From Bacteroidota bacterium (GTDB lineage Bacteria; Bacteroidota; Bacteroidia; Chitinophagales; Chitinophagaceae), in NCBI GenBank assembly GCA_041159435.1, contig JBEAYH010000048.1, positions 1 through 58,665 on the forward strand: DNA of 58,665 nt, read 5' to 3'. The translations under genes and the position numbers were made by a program. The notes under the pieces are model-generated. The model worked only from the letters and a program-made list of their open reading frames with translations. It was not told the origin of the DNA and ran no database searches. Below, piece after piece: positions 1 to 9,174 of the stretch. Within the stretch, counting starts at the first letter, position 1, and each line of letters opens with the position of its first letter.

Positions 1-768
1 CTAGACAAAAAAGAGAAAGGCAAGGTATTGTCAGAGCAAAACAAACAAAAGGAGCTGCTTGAGTCAGAGAAAAAGGAAAAAAATCAGTTTGTTACAAAAT
101 TGAAATCACGCGAAAAAGAAATTGAAAAAGAGATGGCTGCCAAACGTAAGATAGAGCGCAGCCTCCAAACATCCATCGCTGCCATTGTGAAAAGAGAAAT
201 TGAAGCAGCGAGAAAAAAGGCAGAGGAAGATGCTAAAAAAGCTGCTGCTTCAACAGCAACCAAGCCTGCTGAAATCAAAACTTCTGCTGCATCTGCCGCT
301 GCCCCGGCAACGACCAGAAAAGTCAATGTGCTTGAAAACACACCAGAAGTAACAAGGGTTTCAGTTGGATTTGAAAACAACAGAGGCAATCTTCCATGGC
401 CAGTTGACAAGGCCACAGTTACTGCTGGATTTGGCCGTCAAAAAATTGAAGGCACTTCAATCATTGAGGATAATATTGGGATGACGATTCAAACTGTATC
501 CGGATCAAATGTCAAGGCGGTATTCGATGGAACAGTTGCTACAGTGTACGATGTTGCCGGAAGCCAAACCATTACCATCAAACACGGAAAATATTTCACC
601 ACCTATTACAATCTATCGAGTGTCCTTGTTGCCAAGGGTACAGTTGTCAAAATGGGGCAGCCAATTGGAAAAGCTGCTCAGAATGATGATGGTGAGGGTG
701 AAATTATTTTTGTTGTGAACGTTGAATCTAAGTTTGTTGATCCGGAAGATTGGTTGAAAAATCGCTAG
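1..768 (+). CDS. envC: Murein hydrolase activator EnvC-like (coiled coil + degenerate M23/LytM domain), 5' truncated by the window
   Basis: Frame is open from base 1. Long charged coiled coil, then LPWPV...GFG...VKAVFDGTV...Y.NL. The zinc ligands HxxxD/HxH are replaced (NIGMT, YYNL), as in the non-catalytic EnvC. Confidence 0.8.
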   Translation, partial: LDKKEKGKVLSEQNKQKELLESEKKEKNQFVTKLKSREKEIEKEMAAKRKIERSLQTSIAAIVKREIEAARKKAEEDAKKAAASTATKPAEIKTSAASAAAPATTRKVNVLENTPEVTRVSVGFENNRGNLPWPVDKATVTAGFGRQKIEGTSIIEDNIGMTIQTVSGSNVKAVFDGTVATVYDVAGSQTITIKHGKYFTTYYNLSSVLVAKGTVVKMGQPIGKAAQNDDGEGEIIFVVNVESKFVDPEDWLKNR

Positions 769-770
769 GC

Positions 771-1895
771 TTATTTTCTCAACACTTGATCGTACAGCAA
801 TTCATATTGTGGCACGATTTTATGGATATCAAATCTCTCTGCTTGTTTCCTCGCCTCCAAACTGAAAGCTTCAAGTATTTTATCATTTTCAAGAATGGAG
901 ATTGCGTAACTGCTCATTTGCTCTACGTCGCCTATATCACATAAAAATCCATTTTTACCATGGATGATGATTTCTGGTATTCCACCCGCATTGGTCGCAA
1001 CTACAGGAGTTCCAGTTGCCATTGCTTCCAATGCTGCCAATCCAAAACTCTCATACTCTGATGGCAGCAGAAATAAATCTGCAATGGCGTATATGTCTTC
1101 CATATCTTGTTGCTTGCCCACAAATCTTGTTTCTTCAAATATTCCCAATTCTCTGCAGAGTTCCTCTGCCATGTGGCGTTCAGGTCCGTCGCCTACAAGC
1201 AATAACTTTGAAGGGATTGATTTTTTTATTTTATTAAATGTATAAATCACATCAGCAATCCTTTTTACTTTTCTAAAGTTGGAGGCATGCAGAATTACTT
1301 TCTCTCCATTCGGCGCAATTGCTTTTTTGAATGCGTCCATTGCTTTTACCGAGAATCTGTTGATATCAACAAAATTGTGGATGACAGAAATATCTTTCTT
1401 GATATCGAAGTTTTCCAAGGTTTCTTTTCTAAGATTATCGGAAACAGCAGTGATGGCATCGCTCTTGTTAATTGAAAATGTAACCACCGGTGCATAAGTC
1501 TTGTCTCTTCCAACAAGGGTAATGTCTGTTCCATGCAATGTGGTGATGAATGGGACATGTATTTTTTCTTCTGCTAAAATTTGTTTGGCCATAAAGGCAG
1601 CAGATGCATGTGGAATGGCATAATGAACATGCAGCAAGTCTACATTGTTGTTCTTGACTACATCCACCAAAGTACTTGCCAAAGCAGTTTCATATGGCGG
1701 AAAATCAAACAATGGATATGAAGGAACCCTTACTTCGTGGTAGAAAATGTTTGCGCTGAAGCCTGTGAGCCTGACAGGTTGTTGGTAAGTTATGAAATGA
1801 ATCCCATGTCCTTTGTCTGCCAGCGCTTTGCCCAATTCAGTAGCCAATACGCCACTTCCGCCAAAGGTTGGATAACATACGATACCAATATTCAT
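771..1895 (-). CDS. bshA: N-acetyl-alpha-D-glucosaminyl L-malate synthase (GT4)
   Basis: MNIGIVCYPTFGGSG, HVHYAIPHA, TTLHGTDIT, SNFRKVKR and ESFGLAALEAM. Start moved to the ATG at 1895. Confidence 0.92.
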   Translation of the reverse strand: MNIGIVCYPTFGGSGVLATELGKALADKGHGIHFITYQQPVRLTGFSANIFYHEVRVPSYPLFDFPPYETALASTLVDVVKNNNVDLLHVHYAIPHASAAFMAKQILAEEKIHVPFITTLHGTDITLVGRDKTYAPVVTFSINKSDAITAVSDNLRKETLENFDIKKDISVIHNFVDINRFSVKAMDAFKKAIAPNGEKVILHASNFRKVKRIADVIYTFNKIKKSIPSKLLLVGDGPERHMAEELCRELGIFEETRFVGKQQDMEDIYAIADLFLLPSEYESFGLAALEAMATGTPVVATNAGGIPEIIIHGKNGFLCDIGDVEQMSSYAISILENDKILEAFSLEARKQAERFDIHKIVPQYELLYDQVLRK

Positions 1896-1978
1896 GTGAT
1901 TCAAATCTAATATGAAGGTACCATTAATGCCATCAATAATATCAAAAATGGTTAGCTTAGTCCATAAATTCCCACTTC

Positions 1979-3352
1979 ATGAAACAACTTGTTCTATTTG
2001 CATCCATACTGTGCTCATATTGGGCTGTAGCCTCTGCTCAATCAGATGATTCATTGACCATCAAAAAAATTTCAGATGAAATTTTCATGAATGGTACAGC
2101 GTACAGCAATTTGAGGTATCTGTGTAAGAAAGTTGGACCCAGGCTTTCAGGATCGACAGGAGCAGCTCTTGCTGTTGAACAAACTGCAAGAATGTTGCGC
2201 GAAGCGGGAGCAGATACGGTATACCTGCAACCCTGTATGGTTCCTCGCTGGGTCAGAGGTGAAAAGGAAGTGGGGAATGCCCTTTTGGTGGATGGAAAGA
2301 AACTAGCATTGAATATAGTTGCATTGGGCAATGCTGTTGGAACACCTGCGCGTGGAATCAATGCGGAAGTTGTAGAGGTGAAAAATTTCAAGGAGTTGGA
2401 AATGCTTGGAGCCGACCGTGTGAAAGGGAAAATTGTTTTTTACAACTACAGAATGGATCCTAGGTACATCAATACTTTCCAGGCTTATGGAGAAGCAGGA
2501 GCTTACCGCAGTCAGGGTCCCTCTCGCGCCGCTGCAATGGGAGCTGTAGGGGTCATTGTAAGAACGCTTTCACCGGTATTGGATGACAATCCACATACAG
2601 GAGCAACCAGGTATGATGAAGGGAAACCAAAAATTCCTGCTGTTGCAATCAGTACCAATGGTGCAGTTGAATTGAGTAAGTTGATTCAAGCTAAAAAGGT
2701 AAAATCCATTTATGTCAAAACCAATTGTAAAATGTTGGAGGATGTGCCATCATACAATGTAGTTGGTGAAATAAAGGGGATTGAATACCCTGACGAGATC
2801 ATTACTGTAGGCGGACACCTCGACAGTTGGGATCTGGCTGAAGGAGCGCACGATGATGGAGCTGGTTGTGTGCAAAGCATTGAAGTCATCAGGGCTTTGA
2901 AAGCATTGGGAATGCAACCAAAGAGAACCATCCGTGCCGTGATGTTCATGAATGAAGAGAATGGATTGAGAGGCGGAACCAAATATGCAGAGCTTGCGAA
3001 AGTCGAAGGCAAAAAATTTATTATGGCGTTGGAGAGTGATGCAGGCGGATTTACCCCAAGGGGATTTGGATACAGTGCAAGTGCGGGACAGTCGGCAGCA
3101 ATTGAAAAATGGCAATCTCTTTTTGTGCCATATGGAGCTTCTGAATTCAAACGCGGTGGAGGTGGTGCAGATATTGGTCCGTTGAGACCACTTGGTACTG
3201 CATTGATAGGATTGAATCCTGATTCTCAACGCTACATGGACTTACACCATGCCAAAACGGATGTTTTTGAGGCGGTCAGTGAGCGAGAATTGAATTTGGG
3301 TGCTGCAGTGATGACGGCAATGGTATACTTGGTTGCTCAATACGGATTATAA
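1979..3352 (+). CDS. Secreted M28-family peptidase with PA domain (carboxypeptidase Q-like)
   Basis: Signal peptide; GPRLSGS, GGHLDSWD, GAHDDGAG, NEENGLRG, ESDAG and HH..TD motifs. Confidence 0.88.
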   Translation: MKQLVLFASILCSYWAVASAQSDDSLTIKKISDEIFMNGTAYSNLRYLCKKVGPRLSGSTGAALAVEQTARMLREAGADTVYLQPCMVPRWVRGEKEVGNALLVDGKKLALNIVALGNAVGTPARGINAEVVEVKNFKELEMLGADRVKGKIVFYNYRMDPRYINTFQAYGEAGAYRSQGPSRAAAMGAVGVIVRTLSPVLDDNPHTGATRYDEGKPKIPAVAISTNGAVELSKLIQAKKVKSIYVKTNCKMLEDVPSYNVVGEIKGIEYPDEIITVGGHLDSWDLAEGAHDDGAGCVQSIEVIRALKALGMQPKRTIRAVMFMNEENGLRGGTKYAELAKVEGKKFIMALESDAGGFTPRGFGYSASAGQSAAIEKWQSLFVPYGASEFKRGGGGADIGPLRPLGTALIGLNPDSQRYMDLHHAKTDVFEAVSERELNLGAAVMTAMVYLVAQYGL

Positions 3353-4051
3353 TTTTCCAATAGCAAACAGCGTGGGTTGTTTAGGAATTTCCAAATTGGA
3401 TTTTTTCCATTCCCTGACTGTTTTTGTTTTGATCCATTCCTCTTTTGAGGTGATATGGTAGCCAATACATATTGCTGTGCTGTCATCAAGATGTTTTAAC
3501 AGTGATTGAAACAATTGGTTGTTTCTATAAGGAGTCTCAATGAAAAGTTGCGTCGAATTTTCTTTGATAGATCTGGACTGCAACAATTTGATTTGTGTTG
3601 CACGCTCTGCATCCTGGATAGGCAGGTAGCCATTGAATGCAAATGCTTGTCCATTGAACCCACTTGCCATCAGTGTCAGCAAAATACTGCTGGGCCCAAC
3701 CAAGGGTTTAACAGGGATATTGCTTTTTTGCGCAAGGGCAACCAGGAGATGTCCAGGGTCTGCAACACCGGGACAGCCTGATTCACTCGCAATGCCAATC
3801 GTTTTTGATGCAGAGATGGCTTTGGTGAATGCAGGAATGAGTTCAGCTTCGTTTTTGTCTATTTCATGCCATTCCTTTGCATCAATATCAAATTGCTTGT
3901 CCAATTTTTTAAAAGCTCTTCTTGCTGTTCGAAGGTTTTCAACAAAAAATATTTCACAGGCATTGATATGAGCTGAAATATATGCTGGGAGTGCATCGTA
4001 GCCGTCTTCTGCAATACTGATTGGAATGAGAATTATGTTGGCCTTGTTCAT
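3347..4051 (-). CDS. Tetrapyrrole-methylase-fold SAM-dependent methyltransferase (RsmI-like)
   Basis: FFVENLRTARR, SESGCPGVADPG, PLVGPSSI, FNGYLP and FIETPYRN. Confidence 0.85.
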   Translation of the reverse strand: MNKANIILIPISIAEDGYDALPAYISAHINACEIFFVENLRTARRAFKKLDKQFDIDAKEWHEIDKNEAELIPAFTKAISASKTIGIASESGCPGVADPGHLLVALAQKSNIPVKPLVGPSSILLTLMASGFNGQAFAFNGYLPIQDAERATQIKLLQSRSIKENSTQLFIETPYRNNQLFQSLLKHLDDSTAICIGYHITSKEEWIKTKTVREWKKSNLEIPKQPTLFAIGKL

Positions 4052-4812
4052 TTACGCGTTGTTTTCACTTCATGCATGGTGATGGTTGCTGCAACTACAG
4101 CGTATGCAGGTGCAAAAATCCATCCAACAAATACGATACAATGCATCAGGTAAAATACCATGCCATTTCCAATTGCGAGTCCCCTGTGCTGATTGATAAA
4201 TGTCGAACTGTTGAAATTGCTTGAATTGAATTTTTCGAAAGAGTAGTTGAGCATCGAAAATCCGTAAAAGTAGCATTCTACCATACCTGCCAGTAGCGGT
4301 GTTGCCCATCCTAGGAGTGGAAGCATTGATATAAAAATAATTGCGATGACGTAAATGGTTTGCCAAACGGTGTTGCGGGCAGCCATTTTGATGCCATCAA
4401 CCATCAATTCAATATAATGTTGTGGTTGAACAGGCATGGGTGTTTGTTCGAGAATGGAGATTGTTCTTTGCGTAAGAAAACTAAAGACCGGTGCTCCTAA
4501 AATCAACCAAATGTATTTAAACATAGAAAAGTAAAGCAGCATCAGAATAATCCATATGATGATTCCACCTATGGTGAAAAGAAAACCAATCCAACTCTGA
4601 TCCAAAGTTGTCAGCCATTTCTGGAGTCCTGTTTCAACATTCAGCCAGTTGATGACTGCATTGGCGGATTTAGAAAAGAAGTACATGCTGACGGCAAAAA
4701 GAACTGCATATATGAGTCCGGGTATCAATATCCATTTCCAAAGTTTATGTGTTTTGATCAGCTCGTGCGCTTTGAAATAGGACTGAATGGATATGATGAA
4801 ATCTTTCAGCAT
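4048..4812 (-). CDS. EI24/CysZ-like membrane protein
   Basis: Hydrophobic multi-helix protein with LIPGLI, LGAPVFSFL, YFYGFSMLNY and HRGLAIGNG. Start set at the ATG of MLKDF. Confidence 0.7.
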   Translation of the reverse strand: MLKDFIISIQSYFKAHELIKTHKLWKWILIPGLIYAVLFAVSMYFFSKSANAVINWLNVETGLQKWLTTLDQSWIGFLFTIGGIIIWIILMLLYFSMFKYIWLILGAPVFSFLTQRTISILEQTPMPVQPQHYIELMVDGIKMAARNTVWQTIYVIAIIFISMLPLLGWATPLLAGMVECYFYGFSMLNYSFEKFNSSNFNSSTFINQHRGLAIGNGMVFYLMHCIVFVGWIFAPAYAVVAATITMHEVKTTRK

Positions 4813-4902
4813 GATAATGATGAAGGGCAAAATAACGATTAAAGCTGAATTAATGACTCTATTCAGAATATTGAATTGGTTAACTTTAATTGAAATTCAT
4901 CT

Positions 4903-6375
4903 TTGATGAGCACTCTACAATCTATTCAACCCGCAACCAGAAAACAATTTGAAAGATTGAAAATAGCATTTGGCATCATCTTGTTATTCTTGATGCTGAA
5001 GATCAATCCTGTTGGTTTGGATCCACTTCCATGCAAGGTATTGGCCATTGCAACACTCATGATATGTTGGTGGATCACAGAGGCGCTCCCCATGCCGGTA
5101 GTAGCATTGCTCCCATTGATACTATTTCCCATGATGGGGATTTCAACAGTGAGTGAAACAGCAGCTCCTTATGCCAATGAGGTGATTTTTCTTTTTATGG
5201 GTGGATTTATGATTGGGCTCGGCATTGAGAAATGGGGATTGCACAAGCGCATTGCATTAAAAATTGTTTCAATTACCGGGTCCAGCGGCAATAAAATTTT
5301 ATTGGGATTTATTCTGTCAACCGGATTCATAAGCATGTGGTTGAGCAACACTGCAACAACTATGATGATGTATCCCATAGCCATCTCCGTGATCTCAGTT
5401 GTTCTCAACATGAATGAGAAAGATAGGGCCAAGAAAAATTTTGCATTGGCCATGATGATTTCAATTGCATATGCTTCCAATTTCGGCGGCATTGCTACCA
5501 TCATCGGAACTCCGCCCAACGCAGCCTATGCCTCGTATATCAGCAAAAAGTACCAAGTGGATATTTCTTTTTTTGATTGGATGATTGTGGCCATGCCTAT
5601 TGCCATATTGCTGTTGATTTTTTTATTTTTTGTCTTGGTATTGGTTTTCCCCAACCACATCAAATCCAATAAAACTTTTGAAAACATGATTGCAACGGAT
5701 CTGGATGAACTGGGTCCCATGACAGTACCTGAGAAAAGAGTACTGATTATTTTTTCATTGACTGCTTTTCTATGGATTTTCAGAAGTTTGATCAATCAAT
5801 TGAATCTGGTTAAGCTAGACGATAGCATGATTGCTGTTTTTGGTGCTGTTCTTCTGTTTGCAGTTCCTGCCGGGAATGGTAAAAGCAGTTCAGATAAGCT
5901 ATTGACTTGGAACGATACCAGTAAAATGGCATGGGGAATATTGTTGCTTTTTGGAGGAGGCATCGCATTGGCAGGGGCACTTGAAAAATCAGGGATCATA
6001 CAGATGATAGGGACTGGATTGAACGCTAATGCAACCATGACTGTTTTTTCAATGATTGTTGTTGTTGCGGTGATTGCACTTTATTTAAGTGAAGTCATGA
6101 GCAATGTAGCTCAGGTCATTGTATTTGCTCCCATCGTAACAGTACTTGCTGAAACCATGAACATCAATCCTTTCCTACTGGGAATACCCATGACACTTGC
6201 TGCAAGCTGTGCTTCCATGTTGCCCATGGGTACACCTCCCAACGCAATTGTTTTCTCTAGTGGCTACATCAAAATTGCTGACATGGTCAAAGCTGGATTC
6301 ATCATGAACTTGATTGCAATTCTGTTGATTGTTATTGCATCCTATTATATTGTTCCATTGGTGATGCATATTTGA
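4903..6375 (+). CDS. DASS/SLC13 sodium-coupled anion (dicarboxylate/sulfate) symporter
   Basis: WWITEALP, SMWLSNTAT, IGTPPNA, LFGGG.ALA and MLPMGTPPNAIVF. Confidence 0.9.
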   Translation: MMSTLQSIQPATRKQFERLKIAFGIILLFLMLKINPVGLDPLPCKVLAIATLMICWWITEALPMPVVALLPLILFPMMGISTVSETAAPYANEVIFLFMGGFMIGLGIEKWGLHKRIALKIVSITGSSGNKILLGFILSTGFISMWLSNTATTMMMYPIAISVISVVLNMNEKDRAKKNFALAMMISIAYASNFGGIATIIGTPPNAAYASYISKKYQVDISFFDWMIVAMPIAILLLIFLFFVLVLVFPNHIKSNKTFENMIATDLDELGPMTVPEKRVLIIFSLTAFLWIFRSLINQLNLVKLDDSMIAVFGAVLLFAVPAGNGKSSSDKLLTWNDTSKMAWGILLLFGGGIALAGALEKSGIIQMIGTGLNANATMTVFSMIVVVAVIALYLSEVMSNVAQVIVFAPIVTVLAETMNINPFLLGIPMTLAASCASMLPMGTPPNAIVFSSGYIKIADMVKAGFIMNLIAILLIVIASYYIVPLVMHI

Positions 6376-6377
6376 TT

Positions 6378-7028
6378 TTAGGCTTGCGTCTTTTCTCCAA
6401 ATGCCAAATCGCCTGCATCGCCTAGTCCAGGTACAATGTACCCTTTTGCAGTCAATTCATCATCGATGTCTCCGCACCAGATGGTGACCTGTGGCTCCTT
6501 TCTCCTAACATACTCAATACCCTCGGTACAGGCTATCACCGAAACGATGTGTATTTCTGCAATGCTTCCCTGTTGTTTCAAAAATTCGATTGTTTTCACC
6601 AAAGATGCGCCTGTTGCAAGCATCGGATCGCATAAAATAACAATCCTTCCTTCTAAAGATGGAGACGACATGTATTCAAGGCTGATTTCGAAGCTTCCAT
6701 CACGGTGGTGTTTTCTGTACGCTGCAATGAATGCATTGTCTGCTTTGTCAAAATAGTTGAGCATGCCCTGGTGCAGTGGGAGTCCAGCTCTCAATATGGT
6801 TGCAAGCACCGGTTGCCTGACAAGTGCTTTTGATTTGGATATTCCCAGCGGTGTTGTAATATCTTTCTCTTCCCAGGGAAGTTTTTTGCTGATTTCATAG
6901 GCGATGACTTCGCCAATTCTTTCAATGTTTCTTCTGAAACGCATTCTGTCGTGTTGGACTTCCACATCTCGCAGTTCATTGATCCAATTATTGACAAGAG
7001 AGTGTTGTTGACTGATATTAATTACCAT
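6378..7028 (-). CDS. upp: Uracil phosphoribosyltransferase
   Basis: ILRAGL, DPMLATGAS and GYIVPGLGDAGD. Confidence 0.95.
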   Translation of the reverse strand: MVINISQQHSLVNNWINELRDVEVQHDRMRFRRNIERIGEVIAYEISKKLPWEEKDITTPLGISKSKALVRQPVLATILRAGLPLHQGMLNYFDKADNAFIAAYRKHHRDGSFEISLEYMSSPSLEGRIVILCDPMLATGASLVKTIEFLKQQGSIAEIHIVSVIACTEGIEYVRRKEPQVTIWCGDIDDELTAKGYIVPGLGDAGDLAFGEKTQA

Positions 7029-7035
7029 AAATGTT

Positions 7036-7060
7036 TAATTTCGGACCAGCTACAAATGTA
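7036..7060. promoter_or_regulatory. Overlapping divergent Bacteroidota -7 promoter elements for anmK (+, TAATTTCG 7036-7043) and upp (-, TACATTTG 7053-7060)
   Basis: Both match or nearly match the TAnnTTTG consensus inside a 42-bp intergenic gap. Confidence 0.55.
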
Positions 7061-7070
7061 GAAAAATAAG

Positions 7071-8168
7071 ATGGTATACAAGGTAATCGGATTAATGAGT
7101 GGAAGTTCACTTGATGGACTTGATATGGTATTTGTTGAGATTGAGGAGAAAGGAGGGAAGTGGAGTTATCAGGTGCTGAATGCTGCGTGCATGTCATTTG
7201 AAAATGACTTGAAAGCACAACTGCGAAATGCACCTTCTTTGCATGCCAGAGAACTTGCAGCGTTGGATGCATTGTTTGGCAGATATATCGGAACGCAGGT
7301 CAATCAATTTATTGAAAGCAATGGACTGCAATACAAGGTTGCGCTCATTGCTTCACATGGACATACCGTTTTTCACCATCCTCCTTTGTATACCACTCAA
7401 ATCGGAAATGGAGCATTCATCGCTGCAGAAACCTCTTTGCCCGTTGTGAGTGATTTGAGGACAATGGATGTGGCCATGGGTGGACAGGGTGCGCCTATTG
7501 TACCTGTAGGAGAGCAGTTGCTTTTTCCGCAACACAGGTATTTTTTAAATATTGGCGGAATCGCAAATATTTCATTCAATGGAGATGCTGTTTATGATGC
7601 GTTTGATGTTTGTCCAGCTAACCGTGTGCTCAATACATTGGCAGAGGAATTGGGATTTGCGTATGATGAAAATGGGGAAAATGCAAGAAAAGGAAATTTG
7701 GTTGAAGGACTGCTCGATCAATTGAATGCTCAGGAGTATTATTGGCAGACTTTCCCCAAATCACTTGCCAATGAGTTTGGAACTGATGTCATCATCCCCT
7801 TGATCAAATCATTCAAGCTGGATATACGTGATGCACTTTGCACATACGTAGAGCATATTGCTATGCAAGTGAGTGAGTCTGTCCAGCAGATCAATCGCAA
7901 GCGGGGTGTAATTCCAACAGAAGAAAAGATACTTGTAACTGGCGGTGGTGCCTTCAATGTGTTTTTGGTAGAGCGATTGAATCATCACTTGCATGCATCA
8001 AACTTAACTGTTGAGGTTCCAGATCCTCAGACGGTGGCCTTCAAGGAAGCAATCATCATGGGACTTCTTGGCATATTGAGATGGAGGGAGGAGCCTACTG
8101 TTTTGAAAACAGTGACAGGTGCCAGAGAACAAAGCATCGGAGGAGCTTTGTGGATGGGTAAATCATGA
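7071..8168 (+). CDS. anmK: Anhydro-N-acetylmuramic acid kinase
   Basis: GLMSGSSLDGLD, SHGHTVFH, D.A.GGQGAP, NIGGIANI, PKSL, TGGGAFN and KEA. Confidence 0.93.
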   Translation: MVYKVIGLMSGSSLDGLDMVFVEIEEKGGKWSYQVLNAACMSFENDLKAQLRNAPSLHARELAALDALFGRYIGTQVNQFIESNGLQYKVALIASHGHTVFHHPPLYTTQIGNGAFIAAETSLPVVSDLRTMDVAMGGQGAPIVPVGEQLLFPQHRYFLNIGGIANISFNGDAVYDAFDVCPANRVLNTLAEELGFAYDENGENARKGNLVEGLLDQLNAQEYYWQTFPKSLANEFGTDVIIPLIKSFKLDIRDALCTYVEHIAMQVSESVQQINRKRGVIPTEEKILVTGGGAFNVFLVERLNHHLHASNLTVEVPDPQTVAFKEAIIMGLLGILRWREEPTVLKTVTGAREQSIGGALWMGKS

Positions 8169-8169
8169 C

Positions 8170-8204
8170 ATAAAAAAACCGGATAATTTATCCGGTTTTT
8201 TTAT
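8170..8204. terminator. Bidirectional intrinsic terminator
   Basis: Perfect 17-bp inverted repeat ATAAAAAAACCGGATAA-t-TTATCCGGTTTTTTTAT between convergent genes, with a T-tract on each strand. Confidence 0.9.
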
Positions 8205-8206
8205 TT

Positions 8207-9115
8207 TTAGTAGCCCCATTTTTTCATGATGGCCAAATCTTCTTTCACACAATCAAGTGGAAGTTTACCTTGATATGATTCTTGTTCGATGATAAAGTGC
8301 TTTGTGCCCCATTTCTTTCCAAGATCAACGATCTCTTTTACAGGCACTATTCCTACACCCAGTATGGTTGACTCGTATTTTTCATGACCTGCATTGGAGA
8401 GAACTTCATCTTTCACATGCATGGATTCGAATCTTCCGGGATATTTCTGCATAATGTCCAATGCCTTTGCACCGCCATTGATCATATTGCCAATATCCAA
8501 TTGTTGCATCACCAACTTTGGATCGGTTTCTCCTAATATGATATCATAAAGGGTTCTGCCCTCCAGCTGCTCACTGAATTCAAAATCATGGTTGTGATAG
8601 CCGAATTTCATTCCGTATTTATTGCAGAGCTCACCAGATTTGTTGAAAACTTCCATAAATGCTTTGAGTGCACTTGCATTTCTGCGGGTGGTGGTTTCCA
8701 TCGAAGGACTGATGACAAACATTTGTCCAACAGTGGCAGCATCTTCTACAGTATATTTCCAGGCATCCGTAAAATCTTTTTTGCTGTCATCCCAGTGTTT
8801 GGAACTCATTACAGTATGTCCACTTGGCATCTTCAATCCAAGGTCATCCAATACTTTTTTGAATTCTGCAGCCGTCCAGCCATAAAACTTGCGATTGATA
8901 TAATTGGCATGCTCAACATGCTTATATCCCATTCCAGAGAGTGCTTTGAGTGTTCCCAAAGGATCTTTGCTCATTTCTGCTCGAATGGAATACAGTTGAA
9001 TGCCTGTTAATTGTCCCTTTTTTGCATTGGAAGCAAAAAGAGAGTTCGAAAACATCGCAGTTCCGGCTGCTGTTAATGCAGCATTGCGGATAAAAATTCT
9101 TCTAGATTGATTCAT
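8207..9115 (-). CDS. Tat-exported sugar phosphate isomerase/epimerase (xylose-isomerase-like TIM barrel)
   Basis: SRRIFI twin-arginine leader; GIQLYSIR, GYHNHDFEF, QLDIG, HVKD and IEQE. Confidence 0.85.
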   Translation of the reverse strand: MNQSRRIFIRNAALTAAGTAMFSNSLFASNAKKGQLTGIQLYSIRAEMSKDPLGTLKALSGMGYKHVEHANYINRKFYGWTAAEFKKVLDDLGLKMPSGHTVMSSKHWDDSKKDFTDAWKYTVEDAATVGQMFVISPSMETTTRRNASALKAFMEVFNKSGELCNKYGMKFGYHNHDFEFSEQLEGRTLYDIILGETDPKLVMQQLDIGNMINGGAKALDIMQKYPGRFESMHVKDEVLSNAGHEKYESTILGVGIVPVKEIVDLGKKWGTKHFIIEQESYQGKLPLDCVKEDLAIMKKWGY

Positions 9116-9174
9116 ATGGTGAGTTTTAATCGGAAGAGTAATTTACGAAAATTTGGGTAATGGAGCAGCTATTT

